From Flavobacteriales bacterium (GTDB lineage Bacteria; Bacteroidota; Bacteroidia; Flavobacteriales_D; CAJJDF01): a stretch of DNA of 64,000 nucleotides. The translations under genes and the position numbers were made by a program. Positions within the stretch are counted from its first letter, which is position 1; each line of letters opens with the position of its first letter. The notes beneath the pieces were generated by a model that saw only the letters and a list, made by a program, of their open reading frames with translations, was not told the origin of the DNA and searched no databases. Location: NCBI GenBank assembly GCA_965658995.1, contig CBFHVI010000010.1, positions 4,581 through 68,580 on the forward strand. Direction: 5' to 3'. Positions 49,996 through 60,345 of the stretch are shown here, piece by piece.

Positions 49996-50970
49996 TTGGC
50001 TAAAGCACCCTTTAACATTGGGATTGATATGTGGGGAGGAGATAATTCTCCCGCATGTAACTTAGATGGAGTACAAAGTTTTATAGAAAATCACCCTGAT
50101 TTACTAGATTCTGTGTCTCTTTTTTTGTTTGGAGATAGTGTGTCTATTTCTGAGCATTTGGGAGAGGAACTTTGTGCAAAAAAATATATCCAGTTGATTG
50201 ATTGTCAGGAGGTAATTGAATATAACGACCATCCTGTTAAATCTTTTTTACAAAAAACAGAATCAAGCATTACCAAAGGGTTTCACTATTTGAAAGAAGG
50301 AAAAATTGACGTTTTTGCTTCGGCCGGAAATACGGGAGCCATGATGGTAGGAGCAACCCAAGCTATTGGAGTTGTGGAAGGTATTTCGAGACCAGTAATC
50401 GCAAGTGTGTTGCCGCGAGAAAGCGGAAATGACGGCATTATTATGGATGTGGGAATCAATGCGGATTGTAAACCCGAAATGCTCGACAAATTTGCTGTAA
50501 TCGGTTCGATTTACGCAGAGTATGTGTACCGCATCGAGTCACCAAAAGTAGGTCTTCTTAATATTGGAGAAGAGGAAGAGAAAGGAAGTATCTTGACGAA
50601 AGCTGCTCACAAACTTCTGAAAGAAAACAAGCGAATTAATTTCCTAGGAAACATAGAAAGTAGAGGTATTTTGAACGAAGGAGCGGACGTAATTGTGTGT
50701 GATGGTTTCACAGGGAATGTCATCCTGAAGCAAGCGGAATCGTTTTACGAGATTATCGAAAGAAGAGGGATAAAAGATGAGTATTTTGACCGATTCAATT
50801 ACGAAAATTATGGGGGTACTCCCGTATTAGGAATCAATTCGAACGTGATAATCGCCCACGGTATATCTAATGCGAAAGCGATTTGTAACATGATAAAATT
50901 ATCCCACGATGTAGTGGAATCTGATATAACTTCCAAAATATCAGAAGCGATGAATTCTACCTTGGTGTAA
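49996..50970 (+). CDS. plsX: phosphate acyltransferase PlsX
   Basis: 324 aa; IGIDMWGGDNSP, SAGNTGAMM, DGFTGNVILK. The apparent start is TTG 49996, 2 nt after the rpmF stop. Confidence 0.9.
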   Translation: MAKAPFNIGIDMWGGDNSPACNLDGVQSFIENHPDLLDSVSLFLFGDSVSISEHLGEELCAKKYIQLIDCQEVIEYNDHPVKSFLQKTESSITKGFHYLKEGKIDVFASAGNTGAMMVGATQAIGVVEGISRPVIASVLPRESGNDGIIMDVGINADCKPEMLDKFAVIGSIYAEYVYRIESPKVGLLNIGEEEEKGSILTKAAHKLLKENKRINFLGNIESRGILNEGADVIVCDGFTGNVILKQAESFYEIIERRGIKDEYFDRFNYENYGGTPVLGINSNVIIAHGISNAKAICNMIKLSHDVVESDITSKISEAMNSTLV

Positions 50971-51031
50971 ATCCTTTTGGATTTCAAACTTTATGTGTAA
51001 ATTTATCTATTATAAACCTTAATTTATTCAC

Positions 51032-51664
51032 ATGAAAAAACTGGTAAGTGTAGCACTTGGTGCTCTATTGATTGCAGGATGTTCTACTTCGAATGAAGTA
51101 GCGTCAAACAAATTATTTCAAAAAAGAAAATATCAAAAAGGTTGGCATGTAAATGCTTCGCCACGATTTGATAAGAATTCGGTTCATACAGAGGAAGAAT
51201 TAGTTGAGGCTAGAGAAGTGCTTGTAGAAACGGAAAAAGAAGAAAAAGTTCTTGTTGCGAGTCAGAGCATTAATGCTTCTCAAAACGAGACGATTGAGTT
51301 TTCTGAGGAATTGGTGGAAGAAATGAATGTAATTTTTTTCCAGAAATTTCAGAGCGAGAACACCGAAAACGTAACAAAACTTGACCTTCCTTCAACTGCT
51401 CTGGAGATTGAGCCAATTGAATTGAATGAGGTCGAGATTGAACCAAGTAATCAACAAATTTCGCCATCCAATACCGAGTCAAATTCGACTGATGACGACA
51501 TGCTTCTTCTTCTTTATTTGTGTGCAATTTTTATTCCTTTTGTGGCAGTAGGAATCGCAACAGATTGGGAATTAGATAAAGTGCTAATTGCTGTTCTCTT
51601 GTCATTCTTGTGTTGGATTCCTGGAGTAATTTATGCTTTTATTATCATCCGAGATTATTACTAA
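51032..51664 (+). CDS. lipoprotein with C-terminal YqaE/Pmp3 (UPF0057) proteolipid domain
   Basis: 210 aa; lipobox LIAGCSTSNEVASNKLFQKRKYQKGW; acidic linker; C-terminus LCAIFIPFVAVGIATDWELDKVLIAVLLSFLCWIPGVIYAFIII. Confidence 0.7.
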   Translation: MKKLVSVALGALLIAGCSTSNEVASNKLFQKRKYQKGWHVNASPRFDKNSVHTEEELVEAREVLVETEKEEKVLVASQSINASQNETIEFSEELVEEMNVIFFQKFQSENTENVTKLDLPSTALEIEPIELNEVEIEPSNQQISPSNTESNSTDDDMLLLLYLCAIFIPFVAVGIATDWELDKVLIAVLLSFLCWIPGVIYAFIIIRDYY

Positions 51665-51694
51665 CCGTTTTACAATTCATCGAATTTTTAAGGA

Positions 51695-51985
51695 ATGTTC
51701 AACAAAGTAAAATTAGTACTGTGGTTGAGCATTCCTTTTTTGTTGCTCATTCTGCCCGCAGATTTTTTTGATTCAGGGACTTCTATTTGTCCTTCGCAAT
51801 TGCTATTGGGAAGAGAATGTCCTGGTTGTGGTATTACTAGAAGTGTACAGCATGCTATTCATTTTGATTTTGAAAATTCCTGGCGTTTCAATAAGTTGAT
51901 TGTTCTTGTTTTACCCTTTTTAGTGTATATTTGGTATAAAGTGGCTCAGAATTTGTTCCTAGAAATAAAAAATAACAACTCGTAG
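51695..51985 (+). CDS. DUF2752 family membrane protein
   Basis: 96 aa; CPSQLLLGRECPGCGITRS motif plus TM helices. Confidence 0.7.
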   Translation: MFNKVKLVLWLSIPFLLLILPADFFDSGTSICPSQLLLGRECPGCGITRSVQHAIHFDFENSWRFNKLIVLVLPFLVYIWYKVAQNLFLEIKNNNS

Positions 51986-51986
51986 T

Positions 51987-52772
51987 ATGGAAAGAAGGTT
52001 GCTTAAAAATAGTGTCAGTGTTCTGATTTGTTTGTCTCTTCTTTTGTCGTGTTCTACATTCAATCAAGTTGCTTCTAACAAACTTTTTCAAAAAAGAAAG
52101 TACACCAAAGGATGGTATTCTAGTGTATCTAGGAGTATAGAAGATAGAGCTCAAGTTGCTCAACAAAAATCAGTTATTGTCAATAAAGACATCTCATTTT
52201 CGGATTCAACTTCACTTGTTAGGACCACTACAACTGCAACTTCGTCCACGGTGAGCGCTTCCAATTCACTCGTACAGAAAAGGAAGGAAAGGATGCCAAG
52301 TATTCGTTCTACTTTGTTGAAAACAGAACGAGCTGAGTCTTCAATTCCACGCTACATCGATGAAACGACAATCGATCCTGTATTCAAATCCTCTAAGGAA
52401 AAAACGTCAATTTATCCTACCTCTCAGAGTGAAAATGTTAGATTTCAAGATCCTTGGCTAAGTGATAAAGTGGTGAATATATTACTTGCCATTTTTGCCA
52501 TTTTGGTACTTCTATTTACCGGAATTGCCCCATTGGCGGTATGGATTGCCAATGGTCCCGGGCCCTCTCTTAAAATGAGTGTTCTACTTTATGTAGCCTT
52601 TTTGTTTTTTGCTTTGATTTTTGTCATGACAATCTTGTACATTACAGTGTTTGCTGGAGGTGCTGCTACAGTCAGTAGTATTGGTCTCGCGGTAACATTT
52701 GGAATCTTAACCGTTGTTACCAGCATAGTGTCTTTCTTTCATGCCTTGGTTTCGATTATAAAAGGGTTCTAG
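51987..52772 (+). CDS. lipoprotein/multi-TM hypothetical protein, N-terminal paralog of 51032-51664
   Basis: 261 aa; LLLSCSTFNQVASNKLFQKRKYTKGW, the same motif as the gene two positions upstream. S/T-rich linker and a C-terminal block of about 4 TM helices. Confidence 0.6.
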   Translation: MERRLLKNSVSVLICLSLLLSCSTFNQVASNKLFQKRKYTKGWYSSVSRSIEDRAQVAQQKSVIVNKDISFSDSTSLVRTTTTATSSTVSASNSLVQKRKERMPSIRSTLLKTERAESSIPRYIDETTIDPVFKSSKEKTSIYPTSQSENVRFQDPWLSDKVVNILLAIFAILVLLFTGIAPLAVWIANGPGPSLKMSVLLYVAFLFFALIFVMTILYITVFAGGAATVSSIGLAVTFGILTVVTSIVSFFHALVSIIKGF

Positions 52773-53794
52773 AATTTTTCTCTTTTTATCTTTCCTGTTT
52801 GAGTCAATTCTATTTTGCGAACGAGTTGTTCTTTGGGTATTTCGTATTTTTCTACCGCTATCTTTTCCCATTCAATTTCCATCTTTTCTTGGCTCACAAG
52901 TATTACTTTTTCACCCAGTTGTTCGTCTTGTTGCGAAGTGATATAAAAAAGAGTGGAAGGAAAGAGTTTGGCTATTTGTTCTTCAATTCTTTCGGGAGAT
53001 ACTTTGACTCCTCCAGAGTTTATTACGTTGTCTTTTCTACCGAGCCATTCAAAACCGCCCTTACCAAGTCTTACAATATCATTTGTTTCGATAAGTTGAG
53101 TGAATAGAGTGGGACAGTGAATAACGAGACAATTGTCGTCATTTACATGAATAGAGTAAGCGGGTAAGGTTTCGAACAGAGTTGAATTTTCTGGACCATT
53201 TAGTTTTTTTAACGCAATATGACTCACAGTTTCGGTCATTCCATAAGTAGAATAAAATTGAGTTGAAAATGATTGAATTTGATTGACAAAAGATTGTTTT
53301 ACCGCACCACCACCAATAAGAATGTGTTTTATTTGTTCTACTTCTTGGGGCGAATCATTCAAACAATTGGTGGCTTGCATAGGAGTAATGGCAACAAAGT
53401 CGATGTGTCTTGTGTTGTTTTTGAGAGGTGAGGAAGAAGGATCATCTACCCACAAGTTATAACCGCCTACCATAGCACGAATAACCATCATTTTTCCACC
53501 AATGTATTTGACAGGAATACACAGTAGAGCATTCGTTTCTGGCTCAAGCGAAAGATACTCGCATGTGTTTTTTGCACTTTCTACAAAGCTTTGTTTTGGT
53601 ATAGGAATTTGTTTGGGAGTTCCCGTAGATCCCGAAGTTTGCACAACCACTTCCTTGGAGCTAGAAAACCATTCTTTCAGAAATGCCAAAACTTCTCCCA
53701 AGTGATTGTTAGGCAAATCTAGTTGAGCGAGAACATCCTTTTTCGTGATTTTTTGTTCGTTTATCCAGATATGTGTCAATGAGTTATACTCCAC
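52769..53794 (-). CDS. menE: o-succinylbenzoate-CoA ligase, short form (AMP-binding superfamily)
   Basis: 341 aa; QTSGSTGTPKQIPI (AMP-binding motif) already at about residue 52, YGMTET, SGGVKVSPERIE, GKIKR. Lies in the men cluster. Confidence 0.8.
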   Translation of the reverse strand: MEYNSLTHIWINEQKITKKDVLAQLDLPNNHLGEVLAFLKEWFSSSKEVVVQTSGSTGTPKQIPIPKQSFVESAKNTCEYLSLEPETNALLCIPVKYIGGKMMVIRAMVGGYNLWVDDPSSSPLKNNTRHIDFVAITPMQATNCLNDSPQEVEQIKHILIGGGAVKQSFVNQIQSFSTQFYSTYGMTETVSHIALKKLNGPENSTLFETLPAYSIHVNDDNCLVIHCPTLFTQLIETNDIVRLGKGGFEWLGRKDNVINSGGVKVSPERIEEQIAKLFPSTLFYITSQQDEQLGEKVILVSQEKMEIEWEKIAVEKYEIPKEQLVRKIELTQTGKIKREKF

Positions 53795-54827
53795 TTAGGT
53801 TCCAAATTAAGTCTTGCTTATAAAAAATTTTGTCTCCCTCTACACTTAATGGAGAATCTATGTTATTCGTGTATAATTTTCCTGTTCCCAATCCCTGAAA
53901 CATTGTGTTGCTGGTGGTCGCGACAAATTGAGAAATTGCGTTGAGCCCTATATTAGACTCCAAAGCTGAGGTTATCCACCAGTTGATTCCTCTTTCTTCG
54001 GCAAGTTCTATCCACTCTTTACTTCCTTTTATTCCTCCAATCAAAGAAGGTTTGAGGATAATGTAAGGAGGTTGTATTGTTTCCAATGTTTCGATTTTTT
54101 CTTCTCTGGTGAATTTTCCTATCAGTTCTTCATCAAGCGCTATTGGCAAGGGACTTTCCTTGCACAATTGATTCATGGTGGCGGGCATTCCTTGTTTTAT
54201 TGGTTGTTCTATCGAGTGCAGGTTAAATTCAGCGAGTTTTTTTAATTTTTCTAGCGCTTCAGCTGGCGCAAAGGCTCCATTGGCATCCACTCGTATTTCT
54301 ATTTTATCGCTTTTTTCTCGAATGGATTGTAAAATATGGAGCTCTTTCTCAAAATCAATAGCTCCAATTTTTAGTTTGATGCACCGAAAGCCTAAAGCTA
54401 TTTTTTCGTCCACTTGTTGCATCATGTTTTCAAAAGTTCCCATCCATATCAACCCATTGATTGGAGTTGGTTGCTCTGCTAAGGAAAAAGGCGAATCAAA
54501 CAAAATTTTTGATCCCTTGTTTTCCAAATCAAGCAAAGCTACTTCCAGCCCGAAATGTATGGAAGGATATTCCGTCAGACCTGTGTTGAGCCAAAATTCT
54601 GTTTCATTGATTCTGCTGCAAACTTCGGCTACTCGAGATTCGTAGGTTTCCAATTTTTCTGGATTCAAACCGGTTAAATAACTGCATTCGCCTATCCCTA
54701 CAATCTCGGGGTTCTTTACATTCCATACTTTAATAAACCAAGAATCTTTGGTTTGCAACCAGCCTCTCGAAGTACCTCGTTCTTCGGTAAATTGAAGGGT
54801 GTATTTGGTGTAACTTGCTTTTAACAT
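53784..54827 (-). CDS. menC: o-succinylbenzoate synthase (enolase superfamily)
   Basis: Start taken at ATG 54827 (MLKASYTKYTLQF). FRCIKLKIG, RVDANGAF, SIEQP. Overlaps menA by 7 nt and menE by 11 nt. Confidence 0.85.
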   Translation of the reverse strand: MLKASYTKYTLQFTEERGTSRGWLQTKDSWFIKVWNVKNPEIVGIGECSYLTGLNPEKLETYESRVAEVCSRINETEFWLNTGLTEYPSIHFGLEVALLDLENKGSKILFDSPFSLAEQPTPINGLIWMGTFENMMQQVDEKIALGFRCIKLKIGAIDFEKELHILQSIREKSDKIEIRVDANGAFAPAEALEKLKKLAEFNLHSIEQPIKQGMPATMNQLCKESPLPIALDEELIGKFTREEKIETLETIQPPYIILKPSLIGGIKGSKEWIELAEERGINWWITSALESNIGLNAISQFVATTSNTMFQGLGTGKLYTNNIDSPLSVEGDKIFYKQDLIWNLSGV

Positions 54828-55714
54828 GATAGATAGATTCCTAAAAAGTACAACAAAGAACAAAAGAAAGTAGCTAACGCAACTTTTTTTAGTTCAGAAT
54901 CAAGCTCTTTATTTACTGTAGTTTGTTGAACTATTTTCAGGTGTTTGATAAGAAAAGAAATGGGTAGTAAAAACAATAACTGCCAATAAGAGCAAAAAGT
55001 AAATAACGTGTGAATCAATAAGAATGACACTCCGGAAGAAATGAGAAAGTAATGATATGTTTTTGCTTTGTTCAACCCAATTTTTACCACCAACGTGTTT
55101 TTGTTGTTGGCTTTGTCGTTTTGTTCGTCTCTCATGTTATTCAAATTCAGCACTCCCACCGAGAACAACCCGATGCTTAGTGCGGGGAGAATTTCAATCC
55201 AGTTCAAACCTCCCGCAATAAGAAATTTTGAACCCAATACACCTACTAAACCGAAAAAAACAAAAACGAATATATCGCCAAGACCCGAGTAACCATAGGC
55301 ATTTTTTCCTACCGTGTAGTTGATTGCTGCAATCACACTCGCCATTCCCAGAACAATAAATAACACGAGGTACTTTGTTTCCATCAACTGTGTTCCGAGA
55401 TACGATAGGTAACCTCCCAAAGCTAAAGAAATAATAGAAGCAATAACAAGTGCAGTGAGCATTTCGTTTTTCGAAATCAATCCGGCTTGCATCGTTCTTG
55501 TTGGGCCAATTCGGTTGTCGTTGTCGGTGCCTTTTGCAAAATCTCCGTAATCATTTGCAAAGTTTGATAATACCTGAAAAGAGGTGGCTGTTGCTATACA
55601 TAACCAGAAAATAAGCGGATTAAATTCATTGGTATTACTTAAGGCACCTCCCATGATAATTCCGGCAAGGGAAAGTGGCAGTGTTCTTAGTCGAGCAGCT
55701 TTAATCCATTTCAT
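54821..55714 (-). CDS. menA: 1,4-dihydroxy-2-naphthoate polyprenyltransferase (UbiA family)
   Basis: 297 aa; WIKAARLRTLPLSLAGIIMG, NDYGDFAKGTD, polytopic membrane protein. Confidence 0.9.
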   Translation of the reverse strand: MKWIKAARLRTLPLSLAGIIMGGALSNTNEFNPLIFWLCIATATSFQVLSNFANDYGDFAKGTDNDNRIGPTRTMQAGLISKNEMLTALVIASIISLALGGYLSYLGTQLMETKYLVLFIVLGMASVIAAINYTVGKNAYGYSGLGDIFVFVFFGLVGVLGSKFLIAGGLNWIEILPALSIGLFSVGVLNLNNMRDEQNDKANNKNTLVVKIGLNKAKTYHYFLISSGVSFLLIHTLFTFCSYWQLLFLLPISFLIKHLKIVQQTTVNKELDSELKKVALATFFCSLLYFLGIYLSC

Positions 55715-56071
55715 TATCTATATTCAATTTGAGTTGTTTGTTTTTTTGTATATCAAAATTTTCTCTTGAGTTGAAAAGGCACGTCTAGTTGATCTGTTTC
55801 TATACTCTCTTGCTTGTTATTTACGTAAAGTTAACACAAATCCTTGTTTGATGATGAAATAAGCTAGAACTATCAGGCTTCCTATTCAATGAGCGAAGAA
55901 GGTGAGGTGCTTTGGTTGAAATTGACTGAGATTTTTTTGCCGAAAAAATAATCCTATCCACATCTACCAATTCACCTATTCAAGTGTGTCAATTATCCGT
56001 TGGTTTGTCCCAATATTACTAAAATAACCGTATATTTACAAAAAATATTAAACTTTCAATCATTTCTGAAA

Positions 56072-56806
56072 ATGAGTAGCGAAAAAATAAACCCCTACAA
56101 AGAAAAAGAGGCTCCAAAGACAGAGCAAGTAGCCGAAATGTTCGATAATATTTCGGGGAAATATGATTTTTTGAACCACTTTTTCTCTTTGGGAATTGAT
56201 AAAATTTGGAGAAACAAAGTAAGAAACATTGTCAAGAATATTCCGAATAGTCAAATTTTAGATGTCGCAACCGGGACTGGAGATTTGGCGATAGCATTAT
56301 CCAAAATTCCAGGAACGAACATAATAGGTGTTGATATTTCGAACAAAATGTTGGAAGTAGGAAGGCAAAAAGTGTTGAGGAAAAAATTGGAAGGAAGAGT
56401 AGACTTAAGAAACGGAGATTCTTTGCGATTGCCTTTTGATGAGAACCAATTCGATTTAGTTACAGTAGCTTTTGGGGTGAGGAACTTCGAAAACATCCGC
56501 CAGGGATTAAGTGAAATTAGTCGTGTCTTGAAACCAAACGGAAAGATTATTGTGTTGGAATTTTCAAATCCAATAAAGTTTCCAATCAAACAATTATTTA
56601 ATTTTTATTCGCGCAAGTTAATGCCTTCGGTAGGTAAGTTAGTTTCAAAAGATAGCAGAGCGTATTCTTATCTTCCGGAGTCTGTTCAAGCCTTTCCCAC
56701 AGAAGATAAGTTTGCTAAGATTATAGAGGAAAGTGGTTTTGAAGATGTGACTTACGAAAACGTATCGGGCGGAATTGCTGCAATCCATGTAGCGACAAAG
56801 AACTAA
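56072..56806 (+). CDS. menG: demethylmenaquinone methyltransferase (UbiE/MenG)
   Basis: Start at ATG 56072 (MSSEKINPYKEK...); VAEMFDNISGKYDFLNHFFSLGIDKIWR, LDVATGTGD SAM motif. The track's 56000 extension uses a non-ATG start. Confidence 0.9.
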   Translation: MSSEKINPYKEKEAPKTEQVAEMFDNISGKYDFLNHFFSLGIDKIWRNKVRNIVKNIPNSQILDVATGTGDLAIALSKIPGTNIIGVDISNKMLEVGRQKVLRKKLEGRVDLRNGDSLRLPFDENQFDLVTVAFGVRNFENIRQGLSEISRVLKPNGKIIVLEFSNPIKFPIKQLFNFYSRKLMPSVGKLVSKDSRAYSYLPESVQAFPTEDKFAKIIEESGFEDVTYENVSGGIAAIHVATKN

Positions 56807-56830
56807 GGAAAGAAAAGTAGGGTTGTTTTT

Positions 56831-58519
56831 ATGAAAATAAGTAACAAAATATCTGTGCAGAAAATCGTTGAGCAATGCGAGCTTAATGGAATTTCGAATA
56901 TTGTTATTTCTCCAGGATCTCGAAATGCTCCATTTACTCTTTCGTTTACAAATAATCCTTTTTTTAAGTGCTACAGCATCGTAGATGAAAGGTCTGCCGC
57001 TCATTTTGCTCTAGGAATGGCTCAGCAAAAAAGTAGTCCTGTAGCCTTGGTATCAACTTCTGGAACGGCCGTTTTGAATTACGCACCAGCAATTGCTGAG
57101 GCTCACATGCAGTCTATTCCGCTCTTAGTAATTACAGCCGATAGGCAAAGCAATGGATTATCCATTGGAGACGGACAAGCGATTAACCAACAGGGAGTTT
57201 ATCAAAATTATTGCCATAATAATTACAACCTTATCGAAGATGAAAAGGATGGTCAGCAAATAAATTTGGCTCTTATTCAAGAAGGATTCTACGAATTAAT
57301 TAAAAATAAAATTTTGGTTCACTTCAATGTACAGTTGTCTGAACCACTCTACGATACTATTGAGGCAGTTCGCCCTAAGGAAGTAAAGATTCAGCAAGGG
57401 TCAGAGTCGTTCTTACGTATTTCTAAAAAATCTAAAAGCTTGATTTCTTCCTGGAATTCGCACAATAAGAAACTTATTTTGGTTTCTCAGCATAATTATG
57501 AGAATTTACAAGCAGGCATAGAAAAACTGCTGGAAATAGATAAAAACACGGTGGTGCTTACTGAGACTACGGGCGACATAGTTGCTGATGGATTTGTCTC
57601 ATGTATTGATAGAACCCTCGAGTTAATCGACAAAAATAATCCGGTTGATTTTGTTCCTGACCTAGTTGTGGCGATAGGTCACTCAGTAATTTCGAAAAAA
57701 ATAAAACACTTATTTAGAGCTCATAAGCCTAAGGAGTTTTGGAATGTTTCTGAGGGTAAAAATGAAAATCTTTTTGACCTAGATTCTTACGAAAAAATGA
57801 AGGACGAAAAGGAGTTTTTGGCATTGATTAGTTCACAAGGTGTTACTCCTGTTTCCGAGAATGATTTTGCAATTAATTGGCTCAGAATCAATCAATTGGC
57901 AGAGGATGCGCACACTGAATTTTTACGAACAGCACCGTTTTCAGACCTAAAGACCTTTGAGTTTTTGACCGAGAATTTGCCTAGTTGCAACTTGCAGATG
58001 GGAAATAGTTCGGTGGTGCGCTACATTCAATTATTCAATCAACGAAAGGATATTCGCTACAATGGAAATAGAGGAGTAAGCGGAATTGAAGGGTGTACTT
58101 CTACCGCTTTGGGGGCGCACATTGTAACAAACAACTCTATCTTAATTTCTGGTGATATTAGTTTTTTTTATGATTCTAATGCTTTTTGGAATGGACATGT
58201 ATTACCAAATTTCAAGGTGATTGTGCTCAGCAACGGGGAGGGAAACATTTTTAAGATAATTCCTCACCCAAAGAAAGATGAGGTTTCTTTGCCATACTTT
58301 ACCACTCCTCACAAAACATCAATAAGAAAATTTTGCGACCTTTATAACCTCAAGCATTACAAAGCAACCAATTTAAAAGAATTGAGTGATAATTTCGCTC
58401 CATTTATAGAAGAAAACAACCAACCTTCCGTGCTTGAAATAGACACAAGTAAAGAAGAAAACGATACAATACTAACAAATTATTTCACTTATATAAACCA
58501 CTATAAACATGGAAAATAA
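56831..58519 (+). CDS. menD: 2-succinyl-5-enolpyruvyl-6-hydroxy-3-cyclohexene-1-carboxylate synthase
   Basis: 562 aa ThDP enzyme; [38 protein letters not shown]. Confidence 0.9.
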   Translation: MKISNKISVQKIVEQCELNGISNIVISPGSRNAPFTLSFTNNPFFKCYSIVDERSAAHFALGMAQQKSSPVALVSTSGTAVLNYAPAIAEAHMQSIPLLVITADRQSNGLSIGDGQAINQQGVYQNYCHNNYNLIEDEKDGQQINLALIQEGFYELIKNKILVHFNVQLSEPLYDTIEAVRPKEVKIQQGSESFLRISKKSKSLISSWNSHNKKLILVSQHNYENLQAGIEKLLEIDKNTVVLTETTGDIVADGFVSCIDRTLELIDKNNPVDFVPDLVVAIGHSVISKKIKHLFRAHKPKEFWNVSEGKNENLFDLDSYEKMKDEKEFLALISSQGVTPVSENDFAINWLRINQLAEDAHTEFLRTAPFSDLKTFEFLTENLPSCNLQMGNSSVVRYIQLFNQRKDIRYNGNRGVSGIEGCTSTALGAHIVTNNSILISGDISFFYDSNAFWNGHVLPNFKVIVLSNGEGNIFKIIPHPKKDEVSLPYFTTPHKTSIRKFCDLYNLKHYKATNLKELSDNFAPFIEENNQPSVLEIDTSKEENDTILTNYFTYINHYKHGK

Positions 58520-59336
58520 GACAGTAAAATGGGAAACTATGAAGCAGTTTTCTGACATAAACTTTGAGTTTTACAATGGAATTGCAAAAATAACGATTAA
58601 TCGTCCAGAAGTGTATAACGCATTTAGACCTGAAACAACTATTCAAATGCTGGAGGCAATAGATTTGTGCAGAGAAGAGGCGAGAATAAAAGTATTGGTT
58701 CTTACAGGAATTGGAGACAAAGCATTTTGCGCTGGGGGAGATCAAAACGTAAAAGGAAAAGGAGGATATATTGGAGAAGATGGAGTGCCTAGACTAAATA
58801 TTTTGGACTTGCACAAGAAGATTCGTTCTATTCCCAAACCTGTAATTGCCATGGTAAATGGATATGCAATTGGAGGAGGTCATGTACTACATGTGGTTTG
58901 TGACATTACGATTGCTTCTGACAATGCCAAATTTGGACAAACCGGACCTAAAGTAGGAAGTTTTGATGCTGGATTTGGATCTTCTTACCTCGCACGACAT
59001 GTTGGTCAGAAGAAGGCGAGAGAAATTTGGTTTTTGTGTGAGCAATATACCGCGAAAGAAGCAGAAGAAATGGGTATGGTGAACAAAGTGGTTTCGCTTG
59101 ATGAGTTAGAATCCACCACCATTCAGTGGGCAGAAACAATGATGAAGAGAAGTCCGCTAGCCCTTAGAATGATCAAGAGGGGATTGAATGCCGAATTGGA
59201 TGGACAAACCGGTATCATGGAGTTTGCGGGAGACGCAACTCTTATGTACTACCTCATGGACGAGGCACACGAAGGTAAAAATGCATTTTTGGAGAAAAGA
59301 GATCCAGATTTCTCGAAGTTTCCAACATTCCCTTAA
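58509..59336 (+). CDS. menB: 1,4-dihydroxy-2-naphthoyl-CoA synthase
   Basis: 275 aa crotonase fold; [50 protein letters not shown]. Overlaps menD by 11 nt. Confidence 0.93.
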   Translation: MENKTVKWETMKQFSDINFEFYNGIAKITINRPEVYNAFRPETTIQMLEAIDLCREEARIKVLVLTGIGDKAFCAGGDQNVKGKGGYIGEDGVPRLNILDLHKKIRSIPKPVIAMVNGYAIGGGHVLHVVCDITIASDNAKFGQTGPKVGSFDAGFGSSYLARHVGQKKAREIWFLCEQYTAKEAEEMGMVNKVVSLDELESTTIQWAETMMKRSPLALRMIKRGLNAELDGQTGIMEFAGDATLMYYLMDEAHEGKNAFLEKRDPDFSKFPTFP

Positions 59337-59365
59337 TTAGATCAAACTACAAAAACCCAAAAGCT

Positions 59366-60343
59366 ATGATAGCAATGGATGTAACAAATAATATAACAGA
59401 AGTACTGGCTGAAGATTTAAAGCAAATTGATGCCCTAAAAAGAGAAATATTTTTTCAAGATAAAAAGGAAACATCACCTTTAATTGCTACTTTTTTGGAG
59501 TTCGTTTTCAATAAACAGGGTAAAAATTTACGACCCAAATTAACGTTGCTCTCGTCCAAAGTGGTGGGAGAAACAAACCGCTCTACTTATCTATCAGCTA
59601 TCTTAATAGATATTTTACATGAAGCAACATTACTGCATGATGATGTCGTAGATGCGGCCGAATTGAGAAGAGGTGCCACCTCGGCTAATGTGGTTTTTGG
59701 AAACAAAGCCACCGTATTGATGGGTGATTATTTATTGTCCAAAATGATTGAAGTGTGTACCAAGCAACAGGAATTTAAGTTATTAGAGATTATTTCAACC
59801 ACTTTGGTGTCGCTCTCTAAAGGGGAGTTGATTCAGCTAAATGCCACCAAAGACAATGAGTTTTCGGTTTCTCAACTCACAAAAATTGCCGCACTCAAGA
59901 CGGGTAGTTTGTTGAAAGCAAGCTGTCTGGCTGGTGCCTATTCGGCTGGATTGGTGCAAAATAAAATATCTGTTTGGAATGACTACGCGGAGTATTTGGG
60001 AGTTTCTTATCAGATAAAAGATGACATTATCGATTATGTTGAGAACGGAAAAGAACGATACAAGGATATCAAGGAAGGAAAAGTGAACATCCCAATGGCA
60101 TTGGCACTCGAAGAAGCTGATGAGCGTGAAGCAGAGCATATGTTGGGATTGATAAGGGATAAGGAAAATTTTGAATCAAATATCCAAGAAATTGAATCAT
60201 TTTTGGAGAAAAAAGGTGGTTTGCAATTAGCGGAGAATCTTCAAGTTACCTATCTGAATAAAGCTATAGATGAACTCAAAAAAATGCCTAATTCAGAGGA
60301 TTTAATTCACTTTACAGATACGATTGGTAAACGAACTTTTTAA
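59366..60343 (+). CDS. polyprenyl diphosphate synthase (likely the menaquinone side-chain synthase)
   Basis: 325 aa; first DDxxD motif LLHDDVVD, second KDDIIDY. Confidence 0.88.
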   Translation: MIAMDVTNNITEVLAEDLKQIDALKREIFFQDKKETSPLIATFLEFVFNKQGKNLRPKLTLLSSKVVGETNRSTYLSAILIDILHEATLLHDDVVDAAELRRGATSANVVFGNKATVLMGDYLLSKMIEVCTKQQEFKLLEIISTTLVSLSKGELIQLNATKDNEFSVSQLTKIAALKTGSLLKASCLAGAYSAGLVQNKISVWNDYAEYLGVSYQIKDDIIDYVENGKERYKDIKEGKVNIPMALALEEADEREAEHMLGLIRDKENFESNIQEIESFLEKKGGLQLAENLQVTYLNKAIDELKKMPNSEDLIHFTDTIGKRTF

Positions 60344-60345
60344 GT

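Noticed and set aside
54175-54645. 156-aa plus-strand ORF opposite menC. Similar shadows: 61090-61575 opposite meaB, 5773-6135 opposite map, 8284-8598 opposite rpoA, 32392-32760 opposite the OmpA gene, 25361-25684 opposite the CapD-like gene, 56251-57004 opposite menG/menD, and 62662-62979 opposite the FG-GAP gene
   Set aside because: All are antisense to confidently identified genes and have no motifs, so they are treated as non-coding shadows.
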